Shown in pieces: positions 1 through 9,701 of a stretch of DNA of 58,934 nt. The stretch's first letter is position 1. Each line of letters starts with the position of its first letter. Source of the stretch: a virus (Duplodnaviria > Caudoviricetes). The notes beneath the pieces were generated by a model. The model ran no database searches. It worked only from the letters and a program-made list of their open reading frames with translations, and was not told the origin of the DNA. The position numbers and the translations under genes are program-made. Location: positions 1 to 58,934 of the IMG/VR virus record IMGVR_UViG_3300044643_000090; one strand, given 5' to 3'.

Positions 1-286
1 GCAAAGGAGTTAGAGCTGTTCTGAAGAGCAACCTGCTGACGATTATTTAGGTTGGCGAGTTCCATACCTTGTTGTGCAGCAGCATTGGCCAGAGAGACCT
101 GTTGACGCCTGTCTACGTTAGACATCTCCATCTGCATGAATGCCTGAGCATCCTGAGCGGCGATAGGGGTTGCAGCCTCCATAGCAGCCTGAACAATAGC
201 AGCCCCAGCCATAGAGCTACCACCAATACCACGGGCAGACATAGCAGCATTGGCCGCACGGATAGCACCAGCAGCCCACGCAGGGG
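1..286. repeat. Terminal overlap with 58649-58934 (circular assembly)
   Basis: Direct comparison: 160-286 identical to the last 127 nt; 1-159 matches 58649-58807 with 10 substitutions. Confidence 0.95.
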
Positions 287-1763
287 TACCATTGTTGAAC
301 TGTTCCATCAGCTTGGCCATTTGACCAGAGACAGTAGCAGACACAGGAACATTGCCCAGTTCAGCCTTAGCCAGAGCAGCCTGAGAGAGTGTACCCGTCT
401 GGGCCACAGCGACAGAAGCAGAGTTGAGTGCAGTCATGGTAGCAGCCACTGCTTGCACAGCCTCTTCAGCCTTAACGATGTCCTTGGCATTCACCAGTTC
501 GTTAGCGCCAACCGTGCCCTGAGCAGCCTGCAGGGTTTGCTGGAAGGAACTCTTGGCAGCCTCAGCAGTTGGGAACTCTCCAGCCTTTGCCGCATCCTGA
601 ACGACAGTCTCGTTGAGAGTTGCAGCCTGAGTCGGGGGAAGGTTGTAGGAAGTCTTAGCATCAATCAGTTCGCCAGCCTCAACTTTACCCTGAGCAGCCT
701 CAAGGCTGTCCTCATACTCTGTCTTGACTGTAGTAGCCTGTTCTGCAGAGAGACCTGTACCCTGAGCACCTACGAGTTCCTGAGAACCAACCTGACCCTG
801 AGCAGTACCAGTCTCAATACCACGGTAGTCAGTGACAGCCTGAGCAGTGGGTGTGGCAGAGGTAAACTTTGCTGCAACAGCTTCTTTGGGTTGACCAGTA
901 ACTTGAGCAACAGCCTCTGGCATGGACATACCCTGATTAGCAAGGGTAGCAGCCTGAGCCAGTTGGTCTGGAGTTACTTTCAGATCACCAGTGTCCAAGA
1001 CCTGACGAATCTGATTAATCTGGGGTGCAGACAGACCAAGGGAAGCCAGTTGGTTAGCATCCATTGTCTGTGCAGTCACTTCGTCAGAGACTTTTCCCGT
1101 GGCAGCCTCAGTCCCTTCTGCAACTTTTTTAACTGCAGCCCCAACCTGAGTAGCCTGCATGAGAGAGGCGGGAGTTGGAGTGACAGTAGCAGCCTGTGCA
1201 GCCGCAGGAGCAGCAGTAGTGGTGGCTGTTGTTTGATCTGTAACTTGACCAGCACCTGCAGCAATCAGGGTTTCAGGAGTTACTGCAACCTTTGCTACGT
1301 CAGCCTCAGTGGTGAGAGAGGTAGGGTCTTTAATCAGAGCCTCTGAGAGCTCAGTTCCCCCACTCTTTGTAGGAGCAGGTGGAGTGGTTGGGGCAGTAGT
1401 AGTACCATTAAGCTTTTTTGCTTCAGCATCGGCCAGCGGTTTAGTCGTATGTGAGGATACGAGCTTATTATCTTTGTCGTATACCCCGAAACCTGTGGTG
1501 AGACCAAAAGTTTTAATTTCTTTAACAGTGAACCCACCTCCCGTAGTAGTTGGAGCAGTAGCTGGTTTGACAACAGAGCCACCAGCAGCCATGCCGCCAG
1601 TAGTTGTGCTAGTACGCTTCTGGAGAGCACGAGAGAACTTACCCATACGAGCAGCTACACCCGGACTAGATTGGATGAAAGCCTCCATGGCTGGACCTTC
1701 TGCAGGACCATTGTAACCCATCTTAGAAAGTAGGCTATATTTTTGATTGGTATCGAAATCCAC
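1..1763 (-). CDS. 5' part of a large (~1185 aa) internal virion/ejection protein spanning the contig junction
   Basis: GTG at 1763 after GGAGAG, reads MDFDTNQKYSLLSKMGYNGPAEG...; same frame as the MSARGIGG ATG at 242, which equals 58890 in the terminal overlap; absent from the ORF track because it runs off the edge. Confidence 0.8.
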   Translation of the reverse strand, partial: MDFDTNQKYSLLSKMGYNGPAEGPAMEAFIQSSPGVAARMGKFSRALQKRTSTTTGGMAAGGSVVKPATAPTTTGGGFTVKEIKTFGLTTGFGVYDKDNKLVSSHTTKPLADAEAKKLNGTTTAPTTPPAPTKSGGTELSEALIKDPTSLTTEADVAKVAVTPETLIAAGAGQVTDQTTATTTAAPAAAQAATVTPTPASLMQATQVGAAVKKVAEGTEAATGKVSDEVTAQTMDANQLASLGLSAPQINQIRQVLDTGDLKVTPDQLAQAATLANQGMSMPEAVAQVTGQPKEAVAAKFTSATPTAQAVTDYRGIETGTAQGQVGSQELVGAQGTGLSAEQATTVKTEYEDSLEAAQGKVEAGELIDAKTSYNLPPTQAATLNETVVQDAAKAGEFPTAEAAKSSFQQTLQAAQGTVGANELVNAKDIVKAEEAVQAVAATMTALNSASVAVAQTGTLSQAALAKAELGNVPVSATVSGQMAKLMEQFNNGTPAWAAGAIRAANAAMSARGIGGSSMAGAAIVQAAMEAATPIAAQDAQAFMQMEMSNVDRRQQVSLANAAAQQGMELANLNNRQQVALQNSSNSF

Positions 1764-1787
1764 AGAGACTCTCCAGTTTATTCGTCT

Positions 1788-1816
1788 ATATTATTACAAG
1801 CTTTACAGTTTTGCAA
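1788..1816 (-). promoter_or_regulatory. Putative sigma70-type promoter TTGCAA-N17-TAATAT
   Basis: Seen upstream of the GTG at 1763 in a short AT-rich gap. Confidence 0.4.
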
Positions 1817-1824
1817 GTACTATT

Positions 1825-2685
1825 TTACCCGAGCAACTTAGTCATAGTCTTAGGCCCAGCCACACCATCAGCGGTCAATCCGTTTGCAGTCTGCCACTTC
1901 TTCAGTGCAGCTTCAGTCCCCGGACCAAAGTCACCATCAGCAGTGAGACCAAGCTTAGCCTGCAGCTTCCTTACAAGATCACCCTTGGAACCACGACGCA
2001 GAGCCTGAGTTACTGCATCTGTAATCTGAGAATTGATAGAGACTTCGATCTTACCACCAAGAGCAGCCATTGCCCTAGCGTAACGAGCCTGACGATCAGC
2101 CAAACCAATGTCACCACCATTAATGATTTTGGTCAGTCTCACTTGGTCGCCAGTGTCAGCAACCTCATTCAGGTTACGGCTGTTCCAGAACCACAGAGCA
2201 CTCTCCAGAGCACCCTTCTTGGTCAACAGGTAAGCAGCAGCCTCCTCAGCAGTCATGCCAACAGTCTTACCAAAGGCAGTCGTATTTGCACGACCAGTGA
2301 CCTGTTTCAGACCTTTTCCAGAAAATAACCAACCGTCACCCTCGTTCACATTGCCTAAAGCACCAGCCTTGGAGCGATGCTTATCCATGTAAACATAGTT
2401 GGCGATCTTTTCAGGCTTACCTGCATACTCAGCAGCATTCTCTTTACCGGGACCAAAGTATCTTGGGAACACCTTGAGCAGGGTGGCTTCTTTGTAGTTC
2501 AGGTTCTCTTGTAGTACCCGGAAGTCCATGCTCTCGTGAGCACACTGGCTGATAAAACCTGCAATACGCTTGTCTGTCGTAATGTTGTACTTAGGCAACA
2601 TCTCGTTCAGGGCAGCACACCACTCTGCAACTTCTTTATTGGTGGGGATCATAGCCGCCAGTTGGGCTTCTGTCAGCAGACTCAT
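1825..2685 (-). CDS. Endolysin: glycoside hydrolase family 19 with C-terminal peptidoglycan-binding repeats
   Basis: IAGFISQCAHES..F..LQENLNY, GKGLKQVTGRAN, TKIINGG; C-terminal LRRGSKG..V..LQ..LGLTADGDFGPGT and WQ..NGLTADGVAGPKT. Confidence 0.9.
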   Translation of the reverse strand: MSLLTEAQLAAMIPTNKEVAEWCAALNEMLPKYNITTDKRIAGFISQCAHESMDFRVLQENLNYKEATLLKVFPRYFGPGKENAAEYAGKPEKIANYVYMDKHRSKAGALGNVNEGDGWLFSGKGLKQVTGRANTTAFGKTVGMTAEEAAAYLLTKKGALESALWFWNSRNLNEVADTGDQVRLTKIINGGDIGLADRQARYARAMAALGGKIEVSINSQITDAVTQALRRGSKGDLVRKLQAKLGLTADGDFGPGTEAALKKWQTANGLTADGVAGPKTMTKLLG

Positions 2686-2912
2686 TTACTCTTTGCTCTC
2701 TTGGCTGGTGCCTTCTTGGTGATTGCACCCAACACAGCTTCCTTAGTCATGTCTTTGCCCATATCACCAAGCAAGTCTGTCGGGTTACCAGTGACAGCAG
2801 CCTTGATTGCATTCTCTACCGGATCAGGCAGGTTTACTTTGTCCAACACAGCATCAACTACTTTTTCCTTAGCCCGACGACCAAGCAGCATCCCAATTAT
2901 TCTCGTAATCAT
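2682..2912 (-). CDS. Hypothetical protein, lysis cassette
   Basis: 76-aa ORF with ATGA-type overlaps to both neighbours. Confidence 0.6.
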   Translation of the reverse strand: MITRIIGMLLGRRAKEKVVDAVLDKVNLPDPVENAIKAAVTGNPTDLLGDMGKDMTKEAVLGAITKKAPAKRAKSK

Positions 2913-3178
2913 TCCTTTGACTCCTCTTTCTCTTCATTCTTTCTACGGTTGTTACCTGCAGCCATCACGCCACCCAAAGCACCAGTGATGAAGCTGGCAA
3001 TGGGAGTAAGGATGGAAAACAGTGCACGGTCATTCTCACTCGATTCACCCAGAGGCTGTGTCACGAAGACCAGCGAATACAGGATGATAAAGATACTGCC
3101 ACCAAGGATTAGGGTTAATGAGACACCCACGAAGTATCGAAGCTTGGCCTCAAGAAAGTCAGGATCATTCTTACTCAT
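2909..3178 (-). CDS. Two-TM membrane protein (holin candidate)
   Basis: Start re-assigned to MSKNDPDF; two hydrophobic stretches and a charged C-terminus; next to endolysin. Confidence 0.55.
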   Translation of the reverse strand: MSKNDPDFLEAKLRYFVGVSLTLILGGSIFIILYSLVFVTQPLGESSENDRALFSILTPIASFITGALGGVMAAGNNRRKNEEKEESKE

Positions 3179-3366
3179 CGCGCAGCCCCTCCCGTTAAAT
3201 CTACAGCGCAGTTCCTTGTACGTAGGCAAACAGGTGGAGTGCATTCCAGTGCTGTCCAGTTCTTTGGGTCTTGACAGGGATAACGGTAAAAGCCATCTCC
3301 ACTAAAGTAAAACAGTGCACCTATAGCCACAGCAAAAGCAGGCCACACCCAGTGTTCTAGTACCAT
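3175..3366 (-). CDS. Membrane-anchored Cys-rich small protein
   Basis: N-terminal TM then YRYPCQDPKNW...ECTPPVC...C; TGATG overlap with upstream gene. Confidence 0.6.
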   Translation of the reverse strand: MVLEHWVWPAFAVAIGALFYFSGDGFYRYPCQDPKNWTALECTPPVCLRTRNCAVDLTGGAAR

Positions 3367-3857
3367 CACCATCTCCCTAAATAGACGCCCCAGAAGTATA
3401 AGCCAACACTGCAAACAGCCACTGCCACTAAGATTACACCTAACCAGAGTAAAAACTCTGTGATAGACTCAATGATCTCGCGGCGGCGGTACACTTGTTC
3501 TCTCTGTTGCTCTCTTACTCTACGCTCAATTGCTTGAAACTCCAACCAAGCGTCATTGCCATACGTGTAGCTGATGAGTTGGCGCAGTTCTTTACGTTGC
3601 TGTTCACACTGCTTCTGAGCGGCAAAGATATCAATAGCACTCTTCTGAGGTCCACCACCAAACAACGTCTTAAACACACCCGGAGGTTCATTTGCTTTCT
3701 CAGCAGCATAGGCAATATCTGAAACTGCTTTCCCCCACTCTGAGAGTTGAGATGCCATGTCTTGGATTTCACGACCAGCCGCAATGCCTTGTTTCAGTAG
3801 GCTAAAGGCTTTACTCCCAACACTGACGGCCATGCTGATCGAAACTGGGTCAAACAT
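3366..3857 (-). CDS. Coiled-coil protein with C-terminal TM helix
   Basis: MFDPVS.. N-terminus, Q/R-rich helix, hydrophobic C-terminus. Confidence 0.7.
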   Translation of the reverse strand: MFDPVSISMAVSVGSKAFSLLKQGIAAGREIQDMASQLSEWGKAVSDIAYAAEKANEPPGVFKTLFGGGPQKSAIDIFAAQKQCEQQRKELRQLISYTYGNDAWLEFQAIERRVREQQREQVYRRREIIESITEFLLWLGVILVAVAVCSVGLYFWGVYLGRW

Positions 3858-4001
3858 CTAAAAGCTCCAGAAGGGTGGGCAGAGAGAGTGCGGGTGTATT
3901 GCCAAGGCCACATCCATAGTGTATCTGCAAACCTTGACAAATGTGTTGGTGTCGTTGATCCAGATGTGCGTGTAGCCCACCCAGATCAGGGGGAGCTTCA
4001 T
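3858..4001 (-). CDS. Small hypothetical protein (47 aa, MKLPLIWVGY...CPPFWSF)
   Basis: Translated by hand; exactly fills the gap between neighbours with ATGA overlap. Confidence 0.55.
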   Translation of the reverse strand: MKLPLIWVGYTHIWINDTNTFVKVCRYTMDVALAIHPHSLCPPFWSF

Positions 4002-4222
4002 TTCCGTAGTGCCTGTTCGATGTTATCTAACTTGGACATTACGTTCTTGAAGTTTTCCCGCATCTCTTTGAACTCCCTGTCGTAAGCCTCTTTGTTGGCA
4101 TCATGTACAGCAGAAAGAACTGCCAGCTTTGTAGCATGATCCTGTTGAGTTCGATAGATCAAGAATACAAAGCCAGCAACGGGAGCTACAATCCACTGCA
4201 TGATGGTGTTTAAGACTTCCAT
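3998..4222 (-). CDS. Small membrane protein (N-terminal TM plus coiled coil)
   Basis: GGGAG RBS; WIVAPVAGFVFLIY TM. Confidence 0.7.
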   Translation of the reverse strand: MEVLNTIMQWIVAPVAGFVFLIYRTQQDHATKLAVLSAVHDANKEAYDREFKEMRENFKNVMSKLDNIEQALRK

Positions 4223-4247
4223 GGCTTACTCCCTCAGCCTTATTATT

Positions 4248-4550
4248 TTACCACGGTGTTCCTGTCAGGGTAGCAGGAGCCTTTTGAGCGTCGATCTGGC
4301 TCTGCAGAGAGGCCTCCGTCTCGGCCTTGTCCACCGAACCCCAGACCCATCCCAGCACGTCGGCTTCGGTGAGGCTGTCGTAGGGCTTGAAGCCCGCTGC
4401 AGTGGCGTCAGGAGTGAAGCCTGCGGTGCCGTAGGACGAGGCGCTGTGTTCCCCGTCAACGGCAGTCACGGTCCAGTGGGCAACCGTCACACCACCATCA
4501 GCGGCATTGCGGTCAAGCTGGGCGATGGCCCAAGTGATAGTCGCGGTCAT
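4248..4550 (-). CDS. Tail fibre-associated small protein
   Basis: W.I..L.R....G.V...HW.......F.PY..LTE..VLGWV....PW pattern typical of genes following phage fibres. Confidence 0.7.
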   Translation of the reverse strand: MTATITWAIAQLDRNAADGGVTVAHWTVTAVDGEHSASSYGTAGFTPDATAAGFKPYDSLTEADVLGWVWGSVDKAETEASLQSQIDAQKAPATLTGTPW

Positions 4551-4759
4551 TCTTCGGTTCCTTCCGCCAGAGATTCGGTCAGCATGTTCATGAAGGCGTT
4601 GCGGCCCACCTGAAGTTGGTCGAGGTTGAACTGAGCGGAACCCATCTTGCGGTCCAGATCAGCGATGTGATTGATGAGCATCTTCTGCTCGTCCGTCAGT
4701 TGGTCTTCGGTGTAGTCTACGTCATTGATCGTGATGGTTTGGGTTTGTTTCTGTGCCAT
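4547..4759 (-). CDS. Tail fibre-associated small protein
   Basis: ITIND..Y...LTDEQK pattern; AGGA RBS; immediately after fibre gene. Confidence 0.7.
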   Translation of the reverse strand: MAQKQTQTITINDVDYTEDQLTDEQKMLINHIADLDRKMGSAQFNLDQLQVGRNAFMNMLTESLAEGTEE

Positions 4760-4798
4760 CTTGATTTTCCTTTCTTTAAGAGTTGCGGGGGTTAGGGG

Positions 4799-7700
4799 TT
4801 AAGAGATGCGGTAGATAGTGTACGTGTTAAGAGCGGTCTTACGCACCCGGAACATGCCCGAGGCAGCAGCAGCAACAGTCATGCCACCAGTAAGGGTGAG
4901 TCCAGCGGCTGTCCCAAGAGTAACCACACCAGCACCAGTGTTGATGACGGAGAAGTCGAAGGACATGTCCGTCGGGAAGGTAGCTGGAACGCCGCCCTCA
5001 ATGGCTGTGCCTGTCGGCATAGTCAGCGTGGCCAGAGCGCCCGTGTACTGGATAATGCCCGTCAGCAGTTCTGCAATGGTGAGCGTTGCTGCAGCACTTT
5101 CTACAGTCTGGGCTGGCTGGTTCTTGTAGACCACACCAGTAGTGACGGTAGCGCCAGTAACATGGAGCGGGGTGATAGGTGTGGTGTTCCCAATCCCCAC
5201 GTTGCCTGTAGTCGTGATCCTCATGCGTTCGGTATTATTCGTCTGAAACACTATTCCGCTTGTCTCAGAAGCTAGCTGGATAGCCCCATTAGTGTTCCTG
5301 ATTTCAGTGAGGCCCCCTGAAGAATAGCGCCGGAAGATCGCACTATCGGTTGTCCCGCTACGAAGAATGACACTATAATCCCCAGCAACGGTACTAGACC
5401 CGCCCCGAATATCCCCAATCACGTCAAGAGGAACTCCGGGGCTGGTCGTCCCAATCCCTACGTTACCCGCAGAGGTGATCCGCATACGTTCACCCTCAGT
5501 GCCAGCGTTGGACGTGGTGAAGGTGAAGAACGAGCTTCCACCCGAGGTCGCACCAACCGCGAGGCGGGCTTCTCTGGTCGAGGTGTTGTAGTCAAGGATC
5601 ATCCCGTCGTAGTTGATGCCGCTTGCCACGTTACCAATGAACACGCCGCCACGGACATCGAGCTTTTCGATGGGGCCCGTTGTCCCGATCCCCACGTTGC
5701 CCGAGGAGTCGATCCGCATACGCTCTGTAGCAGCGTTGAGGGTGGTACCCGTGGTGCCTGCTGGAGAGGTGGAGAATGTGATCGGACCACCAGCAGCAGA
5801 GCCAGTGCTTCGACCGCCCCAAATGAGCATGGAGGCACCAGCGATGTCCGTTCCAGAGCCTCCCGTCGCGAGCAAGAAGCCGTTTGCTGGGGTTGTCGAA
5901 AACTCACCGTTGCCGATGTAGACTGCGCCTGCAGGGGTGATCCTCATACGCTCAGTAGCAGCGTTGAGGGTGGTTCCTGTGGTGCCTGCGGCAGCCGTGG
6001 AGAATACCAGAGGTCCACCAACAGCAGAGCCAGTGCCTCTACCAGCTTGGATAGTCATGGTGGCACCAGCGATGTTGGTGCCGTTGCCATTCGTCGCGAA
6101 CAAGAAGCTGTTTGCTGGGGTTGAGGAGCTTGCGCCGTTGCCTAGGTAGACTGTGCCATCAGTTTCGATCCTCATACGGTCGATGTTGTTGGTCCTGAAA
6201 GTAACAGCTGTGCTAGTGGTGGACCCCAAGGCAAATGCACCGTTGACAGCAGCGACCAGACCAGTAACAGCCGTTGCATCGCTCCTTTGGAACAGAATAC
6301 CGCCACCAGCAGTGCCGTTGACAGCTACAGTCGTGATACCTGTGCCAAGGGGGGTAATGGTCGTCGTACCAATTCCTACGTTGCCCGAGGAGTCGATGCG
6401 GGCGTGTTCAGACCCCATGCGAGAAAAAGTGAGGGCGGAAATCGGATTTAGACCTACGTCCCAGTATTCTCCAAGCGTATCGGATGCACCGCTTTCTGCA
6501 AAACGTATTCTGGCATTTGCGGTATTTGTCGAAGTATCTGTGTCGCGGATGGTCAGAATGGGGTCAGCGCCGACAATCTCCAACAAGGTGTCAGGAGAAC
6601 TCGTCCCGACCCCTACGAAGCCCGAGGAGTCGATCCTCATGACCTCCGCGCCACCCTCTGCGAAGGCGATGGTATCCGCAGCCGGGAAGAACATACCCGT
6701 GTTCAGGTCACCAAAATTCGTGATCGACGGAGCAGCAGCAGAGCCGTCTCCAAAGGAGGCCACGCCGTTTACGGACAGGAGGGCGTCTGGCGCTGTCGTC
6801 CCAATCCCCACGTTGCCCGATGAGTCGATACGCATACGTTCGGTGCCATTGGCGTTAAGGATAAAACTCTCCCCGAAAGCGCCAAGAGTGACACCATTTA
6901 CTGAGGTGGAGCCTAGAAGCGAAATAAGTGAGGTGGCGCTTGAATTGTTTTTAAAGATTGCTGGGACGCCACCTGTTGCAGATGTAAAACGCGCGGCAGA
7001 CCCAGACACACTGACAGCATCAATAGGGTGAGCAGGAGATGCAGTTCCAATCCCTACGTTGCCTGCAGAGGTAATACGCATACGCTCGTTGGCATCAACA
7101 CCGACAAAAGCAGAATCCCGAGTACCAAAGACTAGGGAGGTGTCGGGCAGTGTCTGCTCACTCACGGCAGAGATATAGGCCCCAACACCCGCGCCGGGAG
7201 CAGAACCATCGGTCCCGAAGAACTCGATTGTGCCAGACGGCTGACCTGCGAGTGACGTGGTGTCCGTATCAGCAATTCTGATCGTGGCGGCGGTTCCAGA
7301 ACCAGTGTACATGGTCCCAGATGCCACTGTCTGCAGTACGCTGACTGTGTAGGTGCCCGTAGTGCCAGTGCCAGTTCCCAGTGCGGTGATCTTGGTGACC
7401 GGGGAGACTCCCGTCCCGTAGACAATGTTGCCCACAGCCAGCGTTCCAGAGGCCACCGCCGTGACATCCATCGTGGTGTCAGTGATGGAGGCAGTAAACT
7501 GGGCCGTGTTGTTGGTGGTTCCAGAGACATGAAGCTGGGTCGCAGGGGCCGTCGTCCCAATACCTACGTTGCCTGTAGGGTCGATACGCATACGCTCTGT
7601 AGCAGCATTGAGGGTGGTACCCGTAGTGCCTGCGGCGGAGGTGGAGAACGAAATAACGCCGCCAGCAGCAGAGCCAGTACCACGACCACCTTGGATGTTT

Positions 7701-9700
7701 AGAGCTGCCCCGGTGATGTCTGTGCCGGAGCCGCCAGTGGCCTGCAGGATGCCGTTGGTGGGGGTTGCAGAGGTGTCACCATTGCCGATGACGACGTTGC
7801 CCCCACCAGTGATCCTCATGCGCTCTGTGTTAGTCGTGCCAAAAATAAGTGGAGTAGAACCGTTCGTGCCGATAGTAGCAGCAGCCGTATTCAAGAACCG
7901 CAGTGAGCCGAGGTTTGCCCTTGAGATACCAAACTGGGTTCCTGTCGAGTCAATCGGCCAATACTCAAGCGCGGTGGCCCTGAAATTATCAGAATAGTTG
8001 ACTTCGGTCAGAAGCACATTGGCGATAAGGGAAGAAGACCGTGCGGATGCTTGTAGACTGGCAGCGGGAGATGTTGTGCTAATCCCGACTAGGCCATCAG
8101 AGGTGATACGCAACCGCTCAACCCCATTCGTCTCCACCGTCACGGTATCAGCCGCAGGAAAACGGATCGCAGTGTTGGTGTCGCCAGCGTGGACAATCTT
8201 GTCGGCAATGGTCACATCGCCAGTGGCCGTGATGGTCGTTCCGGTTATGGCTGCGGCAGACGATCCACCAATGACAGCGCCGTCCACAGTGCCGCCGTTG
8301 ATGTCCGTTGTGGTCAACACAGAGGAAGCCAGAGTGACTACGCCCGTCGAGTCCGCAATGGAACCAGCAGAGGTGCCATCCTTGGCCTTGATGGTGGTGA
8401 CTTCGATGTTGGTGGTGTCTACAGTAGTAGCATTCACCGTAGTGATGTTACCAGTAGTAGAACCAAGCGTGTTGATGGTGATAGCATTAATTGTGCCACC
8501 CTCAACCTTATCACCACTGATCTGATTATCGGCAAGGGTCAGAGTTCCTGCAGACACATTGAGTGTTTTGCCTGCCCCTACTGTAATGTCAGAGGTAGCA
8601 ATGGTAGCGTTATCAACCGTACCTCCATTGATGTCTGCAGTGGTAGCAACAAGAGAAGCAACAGTCATAACACCAGTAGTGTCAGCAATAGTGGCTGATG
8701 CTGTGCCATCCTTGGCTTTGATATTAGTGACTTCAATATTAGTGGTGTCAACGGTGGTAGCATTGACGGTCGTAATGTTGCCTGTAGTGGCTGTAGCAGT
8801 GGTGAAGGTACCAGCAGCAGCAGATGCCCCACCAATAACAGCACCATCAACAGTACCACCATTAATGTCCGTAGTGGTCAATACCGAGGAAGCAAGAGTA
8901 ACAACACCAGTTGAATTGGCGATAGAGCCTGCAGCAGTACCATCTTTAGCCTTCAGGTTAGTTACTTCAAGATTGGTTGTGTCAACAGTGGTCGAGTTTA
9001 CCGTAGTGATGTTACCAGTTGTAGAACCAAGGGTGGTGATTGTGATGGCATTGATCGTACCACCCTCAACCTTGTCACCGGAAATTTGGTTGTCAGCGAG
9101 AGTCAGTGTCCCAGCAGATACGTTCAGGGTTTTACCCGACCCAACTGTGATGTCAGAAGTAGCAATAGTGACCCCATCAATCGTACCACCATTAATGTCT
9201 GCGGTAGTCAGAACTGAAGAAGCCAGAGTGACTACGCCTGTAGTGTCAGCAATAGAACCAGCCGAAGTACCATCTTTAGCCTTCAGGTTAGTAACTTCAA
9301 GGTTTGTAGTATCAATGGTAGTGACGTTTACGGTACCGAGGGTTGTCGTGCCAGTGACATTCAGAGTGCCAGTGACAGAGGCATTCTCGTCAACAGTCAG
9401 TGTGTCTACCTTGGCAGTACCATCCAGATAGAGGTCTTTGAACTCCAACGTAGAAGTACCAAGATCAACCGCATTGTCAGTCTTGGGACGGATCACTGAG
9501 GTTGTGATGACAACATCCTGAGCAGGCCCAAGCGTCCTGATGGGTGCACCCCCACCAACCGTACCATCATGGTCATGGCCAGTAGTTACATCGTAGGCGG
9601 CTTGAATAGCGTCGAACTCACCATCCAAATCGGCAGCATTGATGATGTTACCGTTGGCAATGTTGTTTGTAGTGTCGTTGCGGATATAGCCTGTTGCCAT
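4799..9700 (-). CDS. Long mosaic tail fibre (1633 aa)
   Basis: N-terminal anchor GYIR...I.A.DLD.EFDAI...GH.HDG; Thr/Gly-rich; 12 ERMRI..GNVGIG-type junction motifs. Confidence 0.9.
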   Translation of the reverse strand: MATGYIRNDTTNNIANGNIINAADLDGEFDAIQAAYDVTTGHDHDGTVGGGAPIRTLGPAQDVVITTSVIRPKTDNAVDLGTSTLEFKDLYLDGTAKVDTLTVDENASVTGTLNVTGTTTLGTVNVTTIDTTNLEVTNLKAKDGTSAGSIADTTGVVTLASSVLTTADINGGTIDGVTIATSDITVGSGKTLNVSAGTLTLADNQISGDKVEGGTINAITITTLGSTTGNITTVNSTTVDTTNLEVTNLKAKDGTAAGSIANSTGVVTLASSVLTTTDINGGTVDGAVIGGASAAAGTFTTATATTGNITTVNATTVDTTNIEVTNIKAKDGTASATIADTTGVMTVASLVATTADINGGTVDNATIATSDITVGAGKTLNVSAGTLTLADNQISGDKVEGGTINAITINTLGSTTGNITTVNATTVDTTNIEVTTIKAKDGTSAGSIADSTGVVTLASSVLTTTDINGGTVDGAVIGGSSAAAITGTTITATGDVTIADKIVHAGDTNTAIRFPAADTVTVETNGVERLRITSDGLVGISTTSPAASLQASARSSSLIANVLLTEVNYSDNFRATALEYWPIDSTGTQFGISRANLGSLRFLNTAAATIGTNGSTPLIFGTTNTERMRITGGGNVVIGNGDTSATPTNGILQATGGSGTDITGAALNIQGGRGTGSAAGGVISFSTSAAGTTGTTLNAATERMRIDPTGNVGIGTTAPATQLHVSGTTNNTAQFTASITDTTMDVTAVASGTLAVGNIVYGTGVSPVTKITALGTGTGTTGTYTVSVLQTVASGTMYTGSGTAATIRIADTDTTSLAGQPSGTIEFFGTDGSAPGAGVGAYISAVSEQTLPDTSLVFGTRDSAFVGVDANERMRITSAGNVGIGTASPAHPIDAVSVSGSAARFTSATGGVPAIFKNNSSATSLISLLGSTSVNGVTLGAFGESFILNANGTERMRIDSSGNVGIGTTAPDALLSVNGVASFGDGSAAAPSITNFGDLNTGMFFPAADTIAFAEGGAEVMRIDSSGFVGVGTSSPDTLLEIVGADPILTIRDTDTSTNTANARIRFAESGASDTLGEYWDVGLNPISALTFSRMGSEHARIDSSGNVGIGTTTITPLGTGITTVAVNGTAGGGILFQRSDATAVTGLVAAVNGAFALGSTTSTAVTFRTNNIDRMRIETDGTVYLGNGASSSTPANSFLFATNGNGTNIAGATMTIQAGRGTGSAVGGPLVFSTAAAGTTGTTLNAATERMRITPAGAVYIGNGEFSTTPANGFLLATGGSGTDIAGASMLIWGGRSTGSAAGGPITFSTSPAGTTGTTLNAATERMRIDSSGNVGIGTTGPIEKLDVRGGVFIGNVASGINYDGMILDYNTSTREARLAVGATSGGSSFFTFTTSNAGTEGERMRITSAGNVGIGTTSPGVPLDVIGDIRGGSSTVAGDYSVILRSGTTDSAIFRRYSSGGLTEIRNTNGAIQLASETSGIVFQTNNTERMRITTTGNVGIGNTTPITPLHVTGATVTTGVVYKNQPAQTVESAAATLTIAELLTGIIQYTGALATLTMPTGTAIEGGVPATFPTDMSFDFSVINTGAGVVTLGTAAGLTLTGGMTVAAAASGMFRVRKTALNTYTIYRIS

Positions 9701-9701
9701 T

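Noticed and set aside
69-1716. Long + strand ORFs (425 aa, 135 aa)
   Set aside because: Ser/Leu-rich antisense shadows of the real - strand gene starting at 1763
4818-9431. Many + strand ORFs of 100-290 aa opposite the tail fibre
   Set aside because: Mirror-frame shadows caused by biased Thr/Gly/Ala codons; no RBS or independent motifs
4799-9700. Diversity-generating retroelement acting on the fibre
   Set aside because: No reverse transcriptase in the genome; repeats are in-frame protein modules without evident adenine-specific variation
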